A stretch of 64,000 bases of DNA, from positions 49,677 through 113,676 of the forward strand of contig BGZN01000001.1 of the NCBI GenBank assembly GCA_003864455.1. The letters are read 5' to 3'. The translations under genes and the position numbers were made by a program. This stretch comes from Candidatus Termititenax aidoneus (GTDB taxonomy: Bacteria; Margulisbacteria; Termititenacia; Termititenacales; Termititenacaceae). The notes under the pieces are model-generated. The model was not told where the DNA came from and searched no databases. It saw only the letters and a program-made list of their open reading frames with translations. Shown here in pieces: positions 17,612-26,084 of this stretch (position 1 is its first letter; every line of letters starts with the position of its first letter).

Positions 17612-17875
17612 ATGCAAAATGTGCGCGCTATTTCTGAATTAAGCAAAACGGAAGAAATATCCGCTTTCTGCCATACAGTCAAAGAACCTGTTTTTCTAAC
17701 CAAAGACGGACAGAAAGACATGGTAGCCATGAGCATGGAAACCTGGGAACAAAATCAGGCCGTTGCAGATGTTTACCGCAAACTTGGCGAAGCGGAAACG
17801 GCCTTGATGAATGGCGCGCTGCCTTTAGACGGCGATGAGGTTTTTCAGCAATTAAAAGCGAAGTATGCCTGCTGA
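17612..17875 (+). CDS. Phd/YefM-type antitoxin
   Basis: 87 aa. N-terminal ISELSKTEEISAFCHTVKEPVFLTKDGQKDMVAMS resembles Phd/YefM. AGGAG upstream. Overlaps the toxin gene by 11 nt. Confidence 0.65.
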   Translation: MQNVRAISELSKTEEISAFCHTVKEPVFLTKDGQKDMVAMSMETWEQNQAVADVYRKLGEAETALMNGALPLDGDEVFQQLKAKYAC

Positions 17876-18185
17876 TGTCTACCGGCTGCGGATCATGCCT
17901 CAAGCCGCCGAAGATCTAGACAGTATTTTTGCGTATATTTCAAACAATTTGCACAATCCACAGGCGGCAGGCCAGTTAATGGCAGATATAGAAGCCGCTT
18001 TTATGACTTTAAAAAATATTCCGTATGCCTACCCTTCTTGCTCTAACGAGTATTTGCAGAAAAAGAATTACCGCAAATTAATTGTAAAAAATTACATGGC
18101 GTTCTACATTATTCAAGAAGAAACCAAATTGACATTAGTAATGCGCGTCTTATACAGTCGACGTGATTACGAACAACTTTTATAA
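17865..18185 (+). CDS. parE: ParE/RelE-family toxin
   Basis: YRLRIMPQAAEDLDSIFAYIS ... YRKLIVKNYMAFYIIQEE..LVMRVLYSRRDY, a typical ParE/plasmid-stabilisation pattern. Confidence 0.75.
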   Translation: MPADVYRLRIMPQAAEDLDSIFAYISNNLHNPQAAGQLMADIEAAFMTLKNIPYAYPSCSNEYLQKKNYRKLIVKNYMAFYIIQEETKLTLVMRVLYSRRDYEQLL

Positions 18186-18259
18186 ACCTCACCGACTTCT
18201 CAAACGAGGCCGCTAGGAACGCCACGCCGCCGATCAACGCGCCGTCAATTCGTAGCAGC

Positions 18260-21115
18260 CTATTTCAACGCCGCATGCGCCGCAGCCAGTATAGCCAGAG
18301 GCACGCGGTACGGAGAACAGGACACATAGTTCAAACCGATTTTGTGGCAAAACTGCACAGTGTCAGGATCGCCGCCGTGCTCGCCGCAAATGCCGATTTT
18401 GAGATCCGGACGCACGCGGCGGCCGTTCTCAATAGCATACTGCATCATGCGTCCCACGCCGGTCTGGTCGAGCGTCTGAAAAGGGTCTTTGTCGTAAATC
18501 GCTTTGGCCACGTACTCCGGCAAAAACTTGCCGCTGTCGTCGCGAGAAAAACCGCAACCCATTTGCGTCAGGTCATTCGTGCCAAAAGAGAAAAACTCCG
18601 CCTCGGAAGCGATCTCGTCGGCGGTCATGGCCGCGCGCGGCACTTCGATCATCGTGCCGATTTTGTATTTCAATTTGACGCCGGATTCCTGCAAAACCTT
18701 TTCGATCACAGCCACAGCGCTGTCTTTCAGGATTTGCAATTCTTTGATATGCCCGACCAGCGGTATCATGATCTCCGGCGTTATGTCCCGTCCGGATTTT
18801 TTGATCTGCACGGCGGCTTTGATAATCGCCTCGACCTGCATGTCAAAAATTTCGGGATAAGTAATACCCAGACGGCAGCCGCGGTGTCCAAGCATCGGGT
18901 TAAATTCATGCAACTGCTTGATCTTGAAATTGAGCTGGTCAACGCTGACCTGCATTTCCTGGGACAACTCTTCGACCTCGACTTCTTTGGTCGGCAGAAA
19001 TTCATGCAGCGGCGGATCGAGCAGACGAATAGTTACGGGCAGGCCGTTCATTGTTTTAAACAGCCCAGTAAAGTCCTCGATCTGCATCGGCAAAAGTTTG
19101 GCCAGAGCTTTTTGCCGGCCGGCCACATCTTCCGCGAGGATCATCTCACGCACCGCCTTGATGCGGTCGCCGCCGAAAAACATATGCTCGGTGCGGCACA
19201 AACCGATGCCTTCCGCGCCAAAAGCCAGGGCGTCGGAAGCCTGATCCGGCTGATCAGCGTTGGCGCGCACGCCGAGTTTTTTAATTTTATTGGCCGCGTC
19301 CATAATAAATTTGTACTGGCGGTAAAGCCCGGATTTCTTGGGGTCAAGAGATTTTTCGATCAACGCCTGCAAAATTTCCGAGGGCTTGGTCTTGACCTGC
19401 CCCAGAATAACCTCACCGGTAAAACCGTCGAGAGAAATATAATCGCCCTGCTTGATAGTATGGCCGTTGACCGTCATCAATTTATTGGCGTAATCAATAT
19501 TGAGCGCGCCGCAGCCCGCGATACAGACGCGTCCCAGCTGACGGGCTACCACCGCAGCGTGCGATGTCGCGCCGCCCAGCGCGGTCAAAATACCCTCGGC
19601 AATAACCATGCCTTTGATGTCCTCCGGCGTGGTTTCGATGCGCACCAGCACGACTTTTTCTTTATTGTTTTGCGCGGCGGCTATCGCTTCCGGCGCGCTG
19701 AAATACACTTTGCCGCAGGCCGCGCCCGGACCGGCGTTGAGGCCGCGCGCCAGCACCCGTCCGGAGTTGAGCGCCGCTTCTTTGTCCGTGCGGTCAAAAA
19801 TCGGCCGCAGCAATTCATTTAACTGTTCAGGCAGAACGCGCGACACGGCGGTCTTCTCGTCAATCAGTTTTTCCTTGACCATGTCGTAAGCGCAGCGTAT
19901 CGCCGCGAAGCCCGTGCGCTTGCCGTTGCGGGTTTGCAGCATGTACAGATTGTTTTCCTGAATCGTAAATTCCATGTCCTGCATATCTTTGTAATGTTTT
20001 TCGAGCATGTTTTTGTAGCTCAAAAGCTTTTTGTAAGTCGCCGGCATGACCTCTTCCAGCGAGGGAAATTTGGCTTTGCGTTCGGATTCCGCGATACCGT
20101 TGGCGGCCGCCCATTCGCGAGAAGCTTCGAGAGAAATTTTCTGCGGCGTGCGGATACCGGCCACCACATCTTCGCCCTGCGCGTTGATCAGGAACTCGCC
20201 GTAAAATTTATTTTCACCGGTCGCCGGATTGCGCGAAAAACACACGCCAGTCGCCGAAGTTTCGCCCATATTACCAAAAACCATGGCCTGCACATTTACC
20301 GCCGTGCCGAGCAAGCCCTTGATGTTATATTTCTGGCGGTAAAAAATCGCGCGGTCGTTGTTCCAGCTGCCAAACACGGCTTTGATGGCCGCCCAGAGCT
20401 GGGTCTTGGGGTCCTGCGGAAAATCCGCGCCTTTGGCTTGCTTATATATAGCCTTGTAAGTGCCGACGAGTTTTTCCAGATCAGCGGCGGTCAAATCGGT
20501 GTCTTTCACATCTTTTTTCTCTTTGCCGATTTTGTCCGCGATGTTGTGTTTGGCCTCGGTCAGCGCATGTTCAAAAAGATGTTTGTCGACATCCATCGCC
20601 ACATCGGAGAACATCTGAATAAAACGGCGGTAAGAATCCCAGGCAAAACGCGGATTGTTGGTTTTCTTGATCAAGGCCGCGACGACTTTGTCGTTGATGC
20701 CGAGATTGAGTATCGTGTCCATCATGCCCGGCATGGATTCTTTGGCGCCGGAACGCACCGAAACCAGCAGCGGATTTTTTTCGTCACCGAGTTTCATACC
20801 CATCGCTTTTTCCAGTTTGGCAATATTGGCGTCAACATCTTTGGCCAGGCCTGCCGGAAACTGCCGGTTATTTTTGTAAAACTGATCGCACATTTCGGTC
20901 GTGAGCGTAAAACCGGCCGGCACAGCTACGCCGCTATTAGTCATTTCCGCCAAGCCTGCGCCTTTGCCGCCCAGAATATCTTTCATAGCGCCGTGGCCCT
21001 CGGCCTTACCGTTGCCAAAAAAATAAACCTTTTGATATTTTGTTTTCGCCGCAGTTTTTTTCAGCGGTTTAGACGCTTTCTTTACGTTTTTTGTTTTCTG
21101 GGATTTTGCTGCCAT
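18260..21115 (-). CDS. ppdK: Pyruvate, phosphate dikinase
   Basis: GGKGAGLAEM, phospho-His loop GGATSHAAVVARQLG, CRTEHMFF, ICGEHGGDP. Has a roughly 28-aa basic N-terminal extension relative to typical PPDK. Confidence 0.95.
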   Translation of the reverse strand: MAAKSQKTKNVKKASKPLKKTAAKTKYQKVYFFGNGKAEGHGAMKDILGGKGAGLAEMTNSGVAVPAGFTLTTEMCDQFYKNNRQFPAGLAKDVDANIAKLEKAMGMKLGDEKNPLLVSVRSGAKESMPGMMDTILNLGINDKVVAALIKKTNNPRFAWDSYRRFIQMFSDVAMDVDKHLFEHALTEAKHNIADKIGKEKKDVKDTDLTAADLEKLVGTYKAIYKQAKGADFPQDPKTQLWAAIKAVFGSWNNDRAIFYRQKYNIKGLLGTAVNVQAMVFGNMGETSATGVCFSRNPATGENKFYGEFLINAQGEDVVAGIRTPQKISLEASREWAAANGIAESERKAKFPSLEEVMPATYKKLLSYKNMLEKHYKDMQDMEFTIQENNLYMLQTRNGKRTGFAAIRCAYDMVKEKLIDEKTAVSRVLPEQLNELLRPIFDRTDKEAALNSGRVLARGLNAGPGAACGKVYFSAPEAIAAAQNNKEKVVLVRIETTPEDIKGMVIAEGILTALGGATSHAAVVARQLGRVCIAGCGALNIDYANKLMTVNGHTIKQGDYISLDGFTGEVILGQVKTKPSEILQALIEKSLDPKKSGLYRQYKFIMDAANKIKKLGVRANADQPDQASDALAFGAEGIGLCRTEHMFFGGDRIKAVREMILAEDVAGRQKALAKLLPMQIEDFTGLFKTMNGLPVTIRLLDPPLHEFLPTKEVEVEELSQEMQVSVDQLNFKIKQLHEFNPMLGHRGCRLGITYPEIFDMQVEAIIKAAVQIKKSGRDITPEIMIPLVGHIKELQILKDSAVAVIEKVLQESGVKLKYKIGTMIEVPRAAMTADEIASEAEFFSFGTNDLTQMGCGFSRDDSGKFLPEYVAKAIYDKDPFQTLDQTGVGRMMQYAIENGRRVRPDLKIGICGEHGGDPDTVQFCHKIGLNYVSCSPYRVPLAILAAAHAALK

Positions 21116-21223
21116 CGGGGTATTCCTCCTAAAATTTTTGTATCAAAAACGTTCGGGATATTAGCGTAAAAACCGCGTTTCGTAAAGTTTGAAGCGGCCG
21201 GCCTTTTGGCTCTATAATGAAGC

Positions 21224-21622
21224 ATGCTCCGACTGCGTGCTTTTTTACTGCTGGGTCTGGCCGCACTGCTGTTAACCGGCTGCCAGCCGGACACCGCGCC
21301 GGAAATCTCTCTGCCGGCGCTCACGCTTCCTCAGCCGCAAAAGATCAGCGAGCTGGATAAAAATTACAAACAGCTTGCCAAAGCCAAAACTCTCGTGCAG
21401 ATCCGCGGCAAAATTATTTATCAGAGCCGGACTACCGGCGGTTGGGCTTTTGTGGAAGACGACACCGGCACAGCCCTGCTCGATTTTGAGCCGACCTCGC
21501 CTAATTTTACTCTGCCGCCCAAGCAGCTCGGCAAAACGCTGACCGCTGAAGGCCGCGTCTCGCTTGACGAAAGCGTGATCAATGAATACCTGCTGGTGCC
21601 GGCAACTTATAAGTTTGAATAA
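21224..21622 (+). CDS. Small lipoprotein, possible OB-fold
   Basis: Signal peptide with lipobox LLLTGC. The C-terminal beta-rich part resembles BOF/YgiW-type OB folds (weak). Confidence 0.6.
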   Translation: MLRLRAFLLLGLAALLLTGCQPDTAPEISLPALTLPQPQKISELDKNYKQLAKAKTLVQIRGKIIYQSRTTGGWAFVEDDTGTALLDFEPTSPNFTLPPKQLGKTLTAEGRVSLDESVINEYLLVPATYKFE

Positions 21623-22470
21623 TTAAAAAATCGGCTTCCGCAAACCGCCTGCCAGTTTTGCAGAGCGCTGATTTGCCGTTTGATTTTATACAAAGAATCC
21701 GCTAGCTCCTCGCCGGTCAATTTAGTTTCGACAACATTGCAAAACCGCTGCAAAAGCGCCAAATTGTTCGCGTAAAGTTTCTGCGCGTTTTTCGCCTGCT
21801 GCCTCGACCAATTTGCATTGTAGAGAACATCGGGAAAACCGGAATGCGCCAGCATACTGGCCGCAAAACTCAGGACATAACAGTTTCCTCCCAGCAAAAC
21901 CGGACTTTGCGCTAAGCTATAATCCAGCAGGCTAAAGCCGGCTGTAAAATCATAGAGAATATTGTCCGGGTTGGGATCGATAAATATTTCTCTTTCATTC
22001 AATTCCAGCATAATATCAATTAAGCCGGCCAGCTGTGCGTTGCTGATTCGGTTTGTGTCCTGCCTGGCCAGCCAGCCCAAAGGCTTTCCGGGCAAAAATT
22101 CCGCAACAGTGATTTTGTCTTGCTCGGAAAACGCAACGATTTGTTCCGTGCCGGCCACCCCGCGGCAGCGCACCGCGCCTCGCAGCCGCAGCTTGAAACT
22201 CATATCTTGATAATCTCTCGGCAGAGCAAAACCATCTTTGCTCGCCGCAAAACGCACCGCGTAAGCCGCGCCGTCAATGGTCAGTGAGAAAACCATGGAC
22301 TCTTGGCCGCGGTTCACAAAAGCCGGATGCTCGAGCTTGTCAGGGCAATTCAGCAAATCCGTGTACAACGGCTGAACGAAAGGTTCAAAATTGGCATAAT
22401 TTTGGGATAGCTGTTCCAGACCAAAAGAAATACTTTCGCCAAGATAAGCTATTCGTTTGGTGTAAAACAT
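21607..22470 (-). CDS. Protein-kinase-like fold protein, paralog 1
   Basis: YAVRF (a VAIK-like strand with Arg in place of Lys), catalytic-loop-like IDPNPDNILYD, DFG-like LLDYS. Confidence 0.5.
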   Translation of the reverse strand: MFYTKRIAYLGESISFGLEQLSQNYANFEPFVQPLYTDLLNCPDKLEHPAFVNRGQESMVFSLTIDGAAYAVRFAASKDGFALPRDYQDMSFKLRLRGAVRCRGVAGTEQIVAFSEQDKITVAEFLPGKPLGWLARQDTNRISNAQLAGLIDIMLELNEREIFIDPNPDNILYDFTAGFSLLDYSLAQSPVLLGGNCYVLSFAASMLAHSGFPDVLYNANWSRQQAKNAQKLYANNLALLQRFCNVVETKLTGEELADSLYKIKRQISALQNWQAVCGSRFFNYSNL

Positions 22471-22588
22471 GCTTCCTCCGCGGTTAATTTAATTTATTTT
22501 GCCAAGATACGTCAAGGTAATTTAGAATAAAGCACAGTAACCGGCAGAATTAATTACTGAAGCCATAGCCATATTGTGTGCCAAAAAC

Positions 22589-23407
22589 TTACTGCCTGAC
22601 GCCGCAACGCCGGGCGGCTCTTTTAAGCGCGCTTAGTATTTTAGCCGCGGCTTTTTTCACTATCTCGAAATCTTTGGGCGGCAATTTTGCACCGGCCGCC
22701 TGCGCGTAAGTTTTTAAAATATTTATTTTGAGTGTAAAAAAATTTCTCAACTCCGCCGGAGTAATTACGGCATCCGGCGCACCGCAGACACTGCGTTCAA
22801 AATCAAAACGAAACTGCCGCGCCACTTCAGCCGTTAAATAACCCAACCCATAAGACAAACCATTTACGGAAATATAATCAATGATGCTGAATCCCAGCGT
22901 CCGGTCATAAAATAAATTACCGGCGCTGGTGTCGACCAAAACGCCGCGCCTGTAAGCCTGCGTCAAACTGTCGACAAATCCGTTTAACTGTTCCGGCGAA
23001 ATAGCGGACAAATCTTCATTGGTGAGCTTCGAAATATTTCGGCCGGGCGACAGACGTGAAACTGTTACGCCGTCCTCCAGAGAAGCAGCTATTATTTTTT
23101 CCAGACCGGGCAGATCGGACACCAGACTGCCGCCGCATAAACGCGCCCGAAAATGCTGCTGTTCATGATCCGTTCCCAGCAGCCGCACCGCATAGGATTC
23201 GCCGTCCGCCTGCAAAACAAAAACCCGCACTGTGCGGCCAACGGCTAAAAAAGCCGGATGCTTTTTATAATTGGAAACTCCTGCTAATTCTTTGCGCAAA
23301 CGTTCCACCCGGGGCTTAAAAAAGGCATAATTCTGCAGCATGTCCGCCAGCGCAGCAGGGTCGTGCGGATCGGTAAAATTGATGAGTTTAGGGCTAAAGG
23401 TTCTCAT
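22589..23407 (-). CDS. Protein-kinase-like fold protein, paralog 2
   Basis: Collinear with paralog 1: HPAFLAVGRTVRVF / YAVRLL / VLVDTSAGNLFYD / FSIIDYIS. Confidence 0.5.
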   Translation of the reverse strand: MRTFSPKLINFTDPHDPAALADMLQNYAFFKPRVERLRKELAGVSNYKKHPAFLAVGRTVRVFVLQADGESYAVRLLGTDHEQQHFRARLCGGSLVSDLPGLEKIIAASLEDGVTVSRLSPGRNISKLTNEDLSAISPEQLNGFVDSLTQAYRRGVLVDTSAGNLFYDRTLGFSIIDYISVNGLSYGLGYLTAEVARQFRFDFERSVCGAPDAVITPAELRNFFTLKINILKTYAQAAGAKLPPKDFEIVKKAAAKILSALKRAARRCGVRQ

Positions 23408-23544
23408 ACTGTAAGGTTATCGACAAAAAAGAAAAAACGTTGCGGAAATTTAGCCGTTTTGTAAACTTGTCACGGCGCACACCTGTGAAGTTCGACGCGA
23501 ACTTCACAAGCGGCTATATTTTATATCGTTTGTTATTTCTTCGA

Positions 23545-23619
23545 CCTCGGCACTTCGCCGCCTACGGCGGCTTGTGGCTCTCGCTTAACTTCGCGGTCGT
23601 ACCGCTCGTTAAGCTCGAG
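23545..23619 (-). repeat. Structured 3' trailer following tRNA-Val, homologous to 36998-37130
   Basis: Minus strand reads ctcgagcttaac-gagcggtacgaccgcgaa-gttaagcgagagcca...gccgccgtaggcggcgaagtgcc, beginning right after the tRNA discriminator base. Confidence 0.6.
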
Positions 23620-23691
23620 TGGGCGTTAGTGGGATTGAACCACTGACATCCTGCTTGTAAGGCAGGCGCTCTCCCGCTGAGCTAAACGCCC
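23620..23691 (-). tRNA. tRNA-Val (anticodon TAC)
   Basis: Minus strand gggcgtttagctcagcgggagagcgcctgccttacaagcaggatgtcagtggttcaatcccactaacgccca. 7-bp acceptor stem, loop CTTACAA, TPsiC arm ggttcaatcc. No encoded CCA. Confidence 0.9.
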
Positions 23692-23705
23692 GAAAATTTT
23701 ACTGC

Positions 23706-23780
23706 TGGCAGCCCTAAGGAGAATCGAACTCCTGTTAACGGCTTGAAAAGCCGCTGTCCTAACCATTAGACGATAGGGCC
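23706..23780 (-). tRNA. tRNA-Glu (anticodon TTC), CCA encoded
   Basis: Minus strand ggccctatcgtctaatggttaggacagcggcttttcaagccgttaacaggagttcgattctccttagggctgcca. Anticodon loop TTTTCAA. Confidence 0.9.
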
Positions 23781-23933
23781 AAAAAAGACAGAGTATTTTA
23801 GCATATTGTCTTTTTTTGTTACAGATTTATTGCGGAGGAAACAAATTATCATTGTTACCTATAGTCCGTTGTCTTAAAAACCGAAGCTTCTGTATAATTT
23901 TAATTCTAGTTTGTTTACGATGGAAAAATATAA

Positions 23934-24149
23934 ATGATAAAAGAATTAGTCGGTCAAAGGATAAAACAACTCCGTCAAAAACTTGACTTGTCTCAAGAAA
24001 AATTTGCATTGTCTATTAATATGGACAGGACATATCTTGCTTCTGTTGAAGCGGGAAAAAGGAATGTTTCTATCGTGAACCTTGAAAAAATTGTAAATGG
24101 TTTACAAGTGTCGTTTGAAAATTTTTTTAGGGCGATAAAGAGATTATGA
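23934..24149 (+). CDS. Controller (C) protein, XRE-family HTH
   Basis: LRQKLDLSQEKFALSINMDRTYLASVEAGKRNVSIVNLEKI. ATGA overlap with the endonuclease gene, as in C-regulated R-M systems. Confidence 0.8.
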   Translation: MIKELVGQRIKQLRQKLDLSQEKFALSINMDRTYLASVEAGKRNVSIVNLEKIVNGLQVSFENFFRAIKRL

Positions 24150-24679
24150 CTTTCTATGATAATAAGCATAAGGAAATTATCAAAAAGCTAGAACAATTAT
24201 GGGGCAATCTTGATAATTTGTCTGATTTGGCAAAACAATATGGCATTGAAGATATTTTTCAAGATAACGGAGCAAAAGTATTACAGCAGCTAATATATTT
24301 GGATATGTCTTTGTTACCTGGTCGAGAAGGTAATGACTGCATTTCTAAAAGCGGCGCAGAATGGGAAATGAAATCTGTCAATTTAGATACCTCCGCATCA
24401 GGGTTTAGCACAAATCATCACACCAATCATGACATTATTGCAAAATACAGAAAAGTCCCTTGGGCATTTGCCATTTATCACGGCATTAAACTTTCAGAAA
24501 TCTATGTTATGACCGCAAAAATGTTAGAGCCAATTTATCAACATTGGGAAGAAAAATTAAAGACAATGGCTCATCTAAACAATCCCAAAATACCAATAAA
24601 ATTTGTGCAAGAAAATGGGATAAAAGTCTTTCCAATTGATAGTAGTAATCCAATTGATCCAGATAGCATTAACAAGTAA
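24146..24679 (+). CDS. Type IIP restriction endonuclease, PvuII family
   Basis: From my recollection of R.PvuII these blocks match: DIFQDNG.K.LQ, LPGREGND, E.E.KS (catalytic D...E.K), GFST.HH, IIAKYR.VPW.FAIY, NNPKIP.K(Y/F)V. Confidence 0.8.
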   Translation: MTFYDNKHKEIIKKLEQLWGNLDNLSDLAKQYGIEDIFQDNGAKVLQQLIYLDMSLLPGREGNDCISKSGAEWEMKSVNLDTSASGFSTNHHTNHDIIAKYRKVPWAFAIYHGIKLSEIYVMTAKMLEPIYQHWEEKLKTMAHLNNPKIPIKFVQENGIKVFPIDSSNPIDPDSINK

Positions 24680-25685
24680 ACAAGACTGGTTGTTTGTTCA
24701 TTACTTGGACGAACCGATTAGTCATAATTTCATCGTACAGTTCTTTGGCTTCGTATTCCTCATCTATAAATCTGAAAATAGAATTAGCCACATAGTCTTT
24801 TGATAATTCAAAAGATACCCATTTTCTATTTAATCTCTCTGCTACATATCCCGTAGTGTTACTGCCAGCAAAAATATCTACAACCAAGTCTCCAGTATCT
24901 GTTAAAAATTTAATAAAAAATTCTGGTAAGGATACGGGAAACCTCGCTGGGTGACTTGTGATACCAAAATCCTTACAATATTTAAGATATTGGCTATTGC
25001 TTTCACTGTTTGAAAACTGTAATAAGTTTGGTGGAATTGCGCCACCATTATCTTTGCTCCAAGAAGACATACCTAATATATGCCCCGATGGTCTTATCGT
25101 TCCTTCTTCTTTTATAAATTCTTCAGGGTGTCTGATTAGCCTTTGCATCCTTGCAGAATATGGGGTTAATACATTTGATACATTGGCTTTGCATAATTCA
25201 GCATTTTTACATAACCACCAGACTGTATTTACTGATGTTTTTGCTCTCACTTTTCTTTTGTTGACCCACTCAATCGGGGCTGGCAACGCAGAAGGATTAT
25301 GCCAATAAAATGGCTGAGCCAAATCGTAACCAATCTCATCACATAATTTTATCAATACACGAAATTGATAAAGACTATACACAGGCGTTCCTTTTTCATA
25401 TGCGCCACCAATATCAATCACAAAACTTCCATCATTTTTGAGTTTAGGATACACGGCTTTCCCAAACTCACACAGCCAATCAACGTATTCATTTTGCTCT
25501 TTATTACCATAACTTTTTTGTCTTTGCAATGCAAATGGTGGGCTGGTAACCACTAAATTAATACTCTCGTCTTTAATTGTTTGTAATAAATTGATTGAAT
25601 TACCTTGCAAAGAAATACCCTGATTGGTTTCATAACCAATCATTTGGTTGTTTATAGATTCCGAATAAAAAAAATCGAATCCCAT
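24669..25685 (-). CDS. N4-cytosine (beta-class) DNA methyltransferase, M.PvuII-like
   Basis: SPPF motif (VVTSPPFALQR), then the AdoMet motif near the C-terminus (DLVVDIFAGSNTTG). IEWVNKRK, NTVWW and HPARFP blocks match my recollection of M.PvuII. Confidence 0.85.
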   Translation of the reverse strand: MGFDFFYSESINNQMIGYETNQGISLQGNSINLLQTIKDESINLVVTSPPFALQRQKSYGNKEQNEYVDWLCEFGKAVYPKLKNDGSFVIDIGGAYEKGTPVYSLYQFRVLIKLCDEIGYDLAQPFYWHNPSALPAPIEWVNKRKVRAKTSVNTVWWLCKNAELCKANVSNVLTPYSARMQRLIRHPEEFIKEEGTIRPSGHILGMSSWSKDNGGAIPPNLLQFSNSESNSQYLKYCKDFGITSHPARFPVSLPEFFIKFLTDTGDLVVDIFAGSNTTGYVAERLNRKWVSFELSKDYVANSIFRFIDEEYEAKELYDEIMTNRFVQVMNKQPVLFTC

Positions 25686-25875
25686 ATCTAAATTCTACCT
25701 TTCTAGTTTTTTGCACAAGCAAAGATGTTAATTTCTCAAAGCTCATATCAATTTTTAATGGTTTTCAGCACTCTTTTTCGTATCATCATTGCACGAGCGT
25801 CTATCGCTTTCATGTCAATGATAAATTCACTATAACCAGTTGCAAAAAATCCTTTTTTTATTTTCACGCTATCGC

Positions 25876-26061
25876 CTATGCATACATTAGTCGTGTATCA
25901 ACCACACCACCTAATAATACATCAAGCCTTTCATATTCATCAAGTTTTCTAGTGTTAATTCTGAAACAAAACATACTTGTGTAATCTTGAAAATGTTTAT
26001 GAGAAAGAAAAATATAAACACCATTTATCATTCGCTTGTAATGAGAGAACATTACTTCCAT
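25876..26061 (-). pseudogene. C-terminal fragment of an IS1595 (ISXO2-like) transposase
   Basis: FSHYKRMINGVYIFLSHKHFQDYTSMFCFRINTRK resembles the conserved IS1595 C-terminus (FWS.LKR...G.Y..VS.KHL..Y..EF.FR.N.R). Only about 60 codons remain, and it abuts the panC stop. Confidence 0.6.
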
Positions 26062-26084
26062 ATTGCCATATATTTTTGCGGCAG

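Noticed and set aside
18275-21169. Long plus-strand ORFs (515 aa at 18275-19822, 411 aa at 19934-21169) opposite ppdK
   Set aside because: They are antisense shadows of a strongly supported gene. Their translations are Arg/His/Phe-rich low-complexity strings with no motifs. The same applies to 5076-5948(-), 13064-13828(+), 26860-27831(+), 28054-28734(+), 35078-36031(+) and 47407-48381(+).
22560-22605. GTGCC...AACTTA similarity between the region downstream of kinase-like paralog 2 and the lipoprotein 3' end (21596-21610)
   Set aside because: Only 11 of 15 nt match, then the similarity is lost. It is compatible with an old tandem duplication of the paralog but indistinguishable from chance.
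23440-23646. Track ORFs over GC-rich intergenic elements (23440-23646, 15175-15453, 42646 N-terminus)
   Set aside because: They translate hairpin repeats or tRNA flanks, overlap tRNA-Val, and lack an RBS. They are artefacts of palindromic GC-rich DNA.
23856-23880. CCTATAGTCCGTTGTCTTAAAAAC as C-box operators for the controller protein
   Set aside because: It resembles my recollection of the PvuII C-box region (…TATAGTCCGT…), but the GACT/AGTC half-sites are degenerate. I cannot verify the reference sequence, so it is left as a note rather than a feature.
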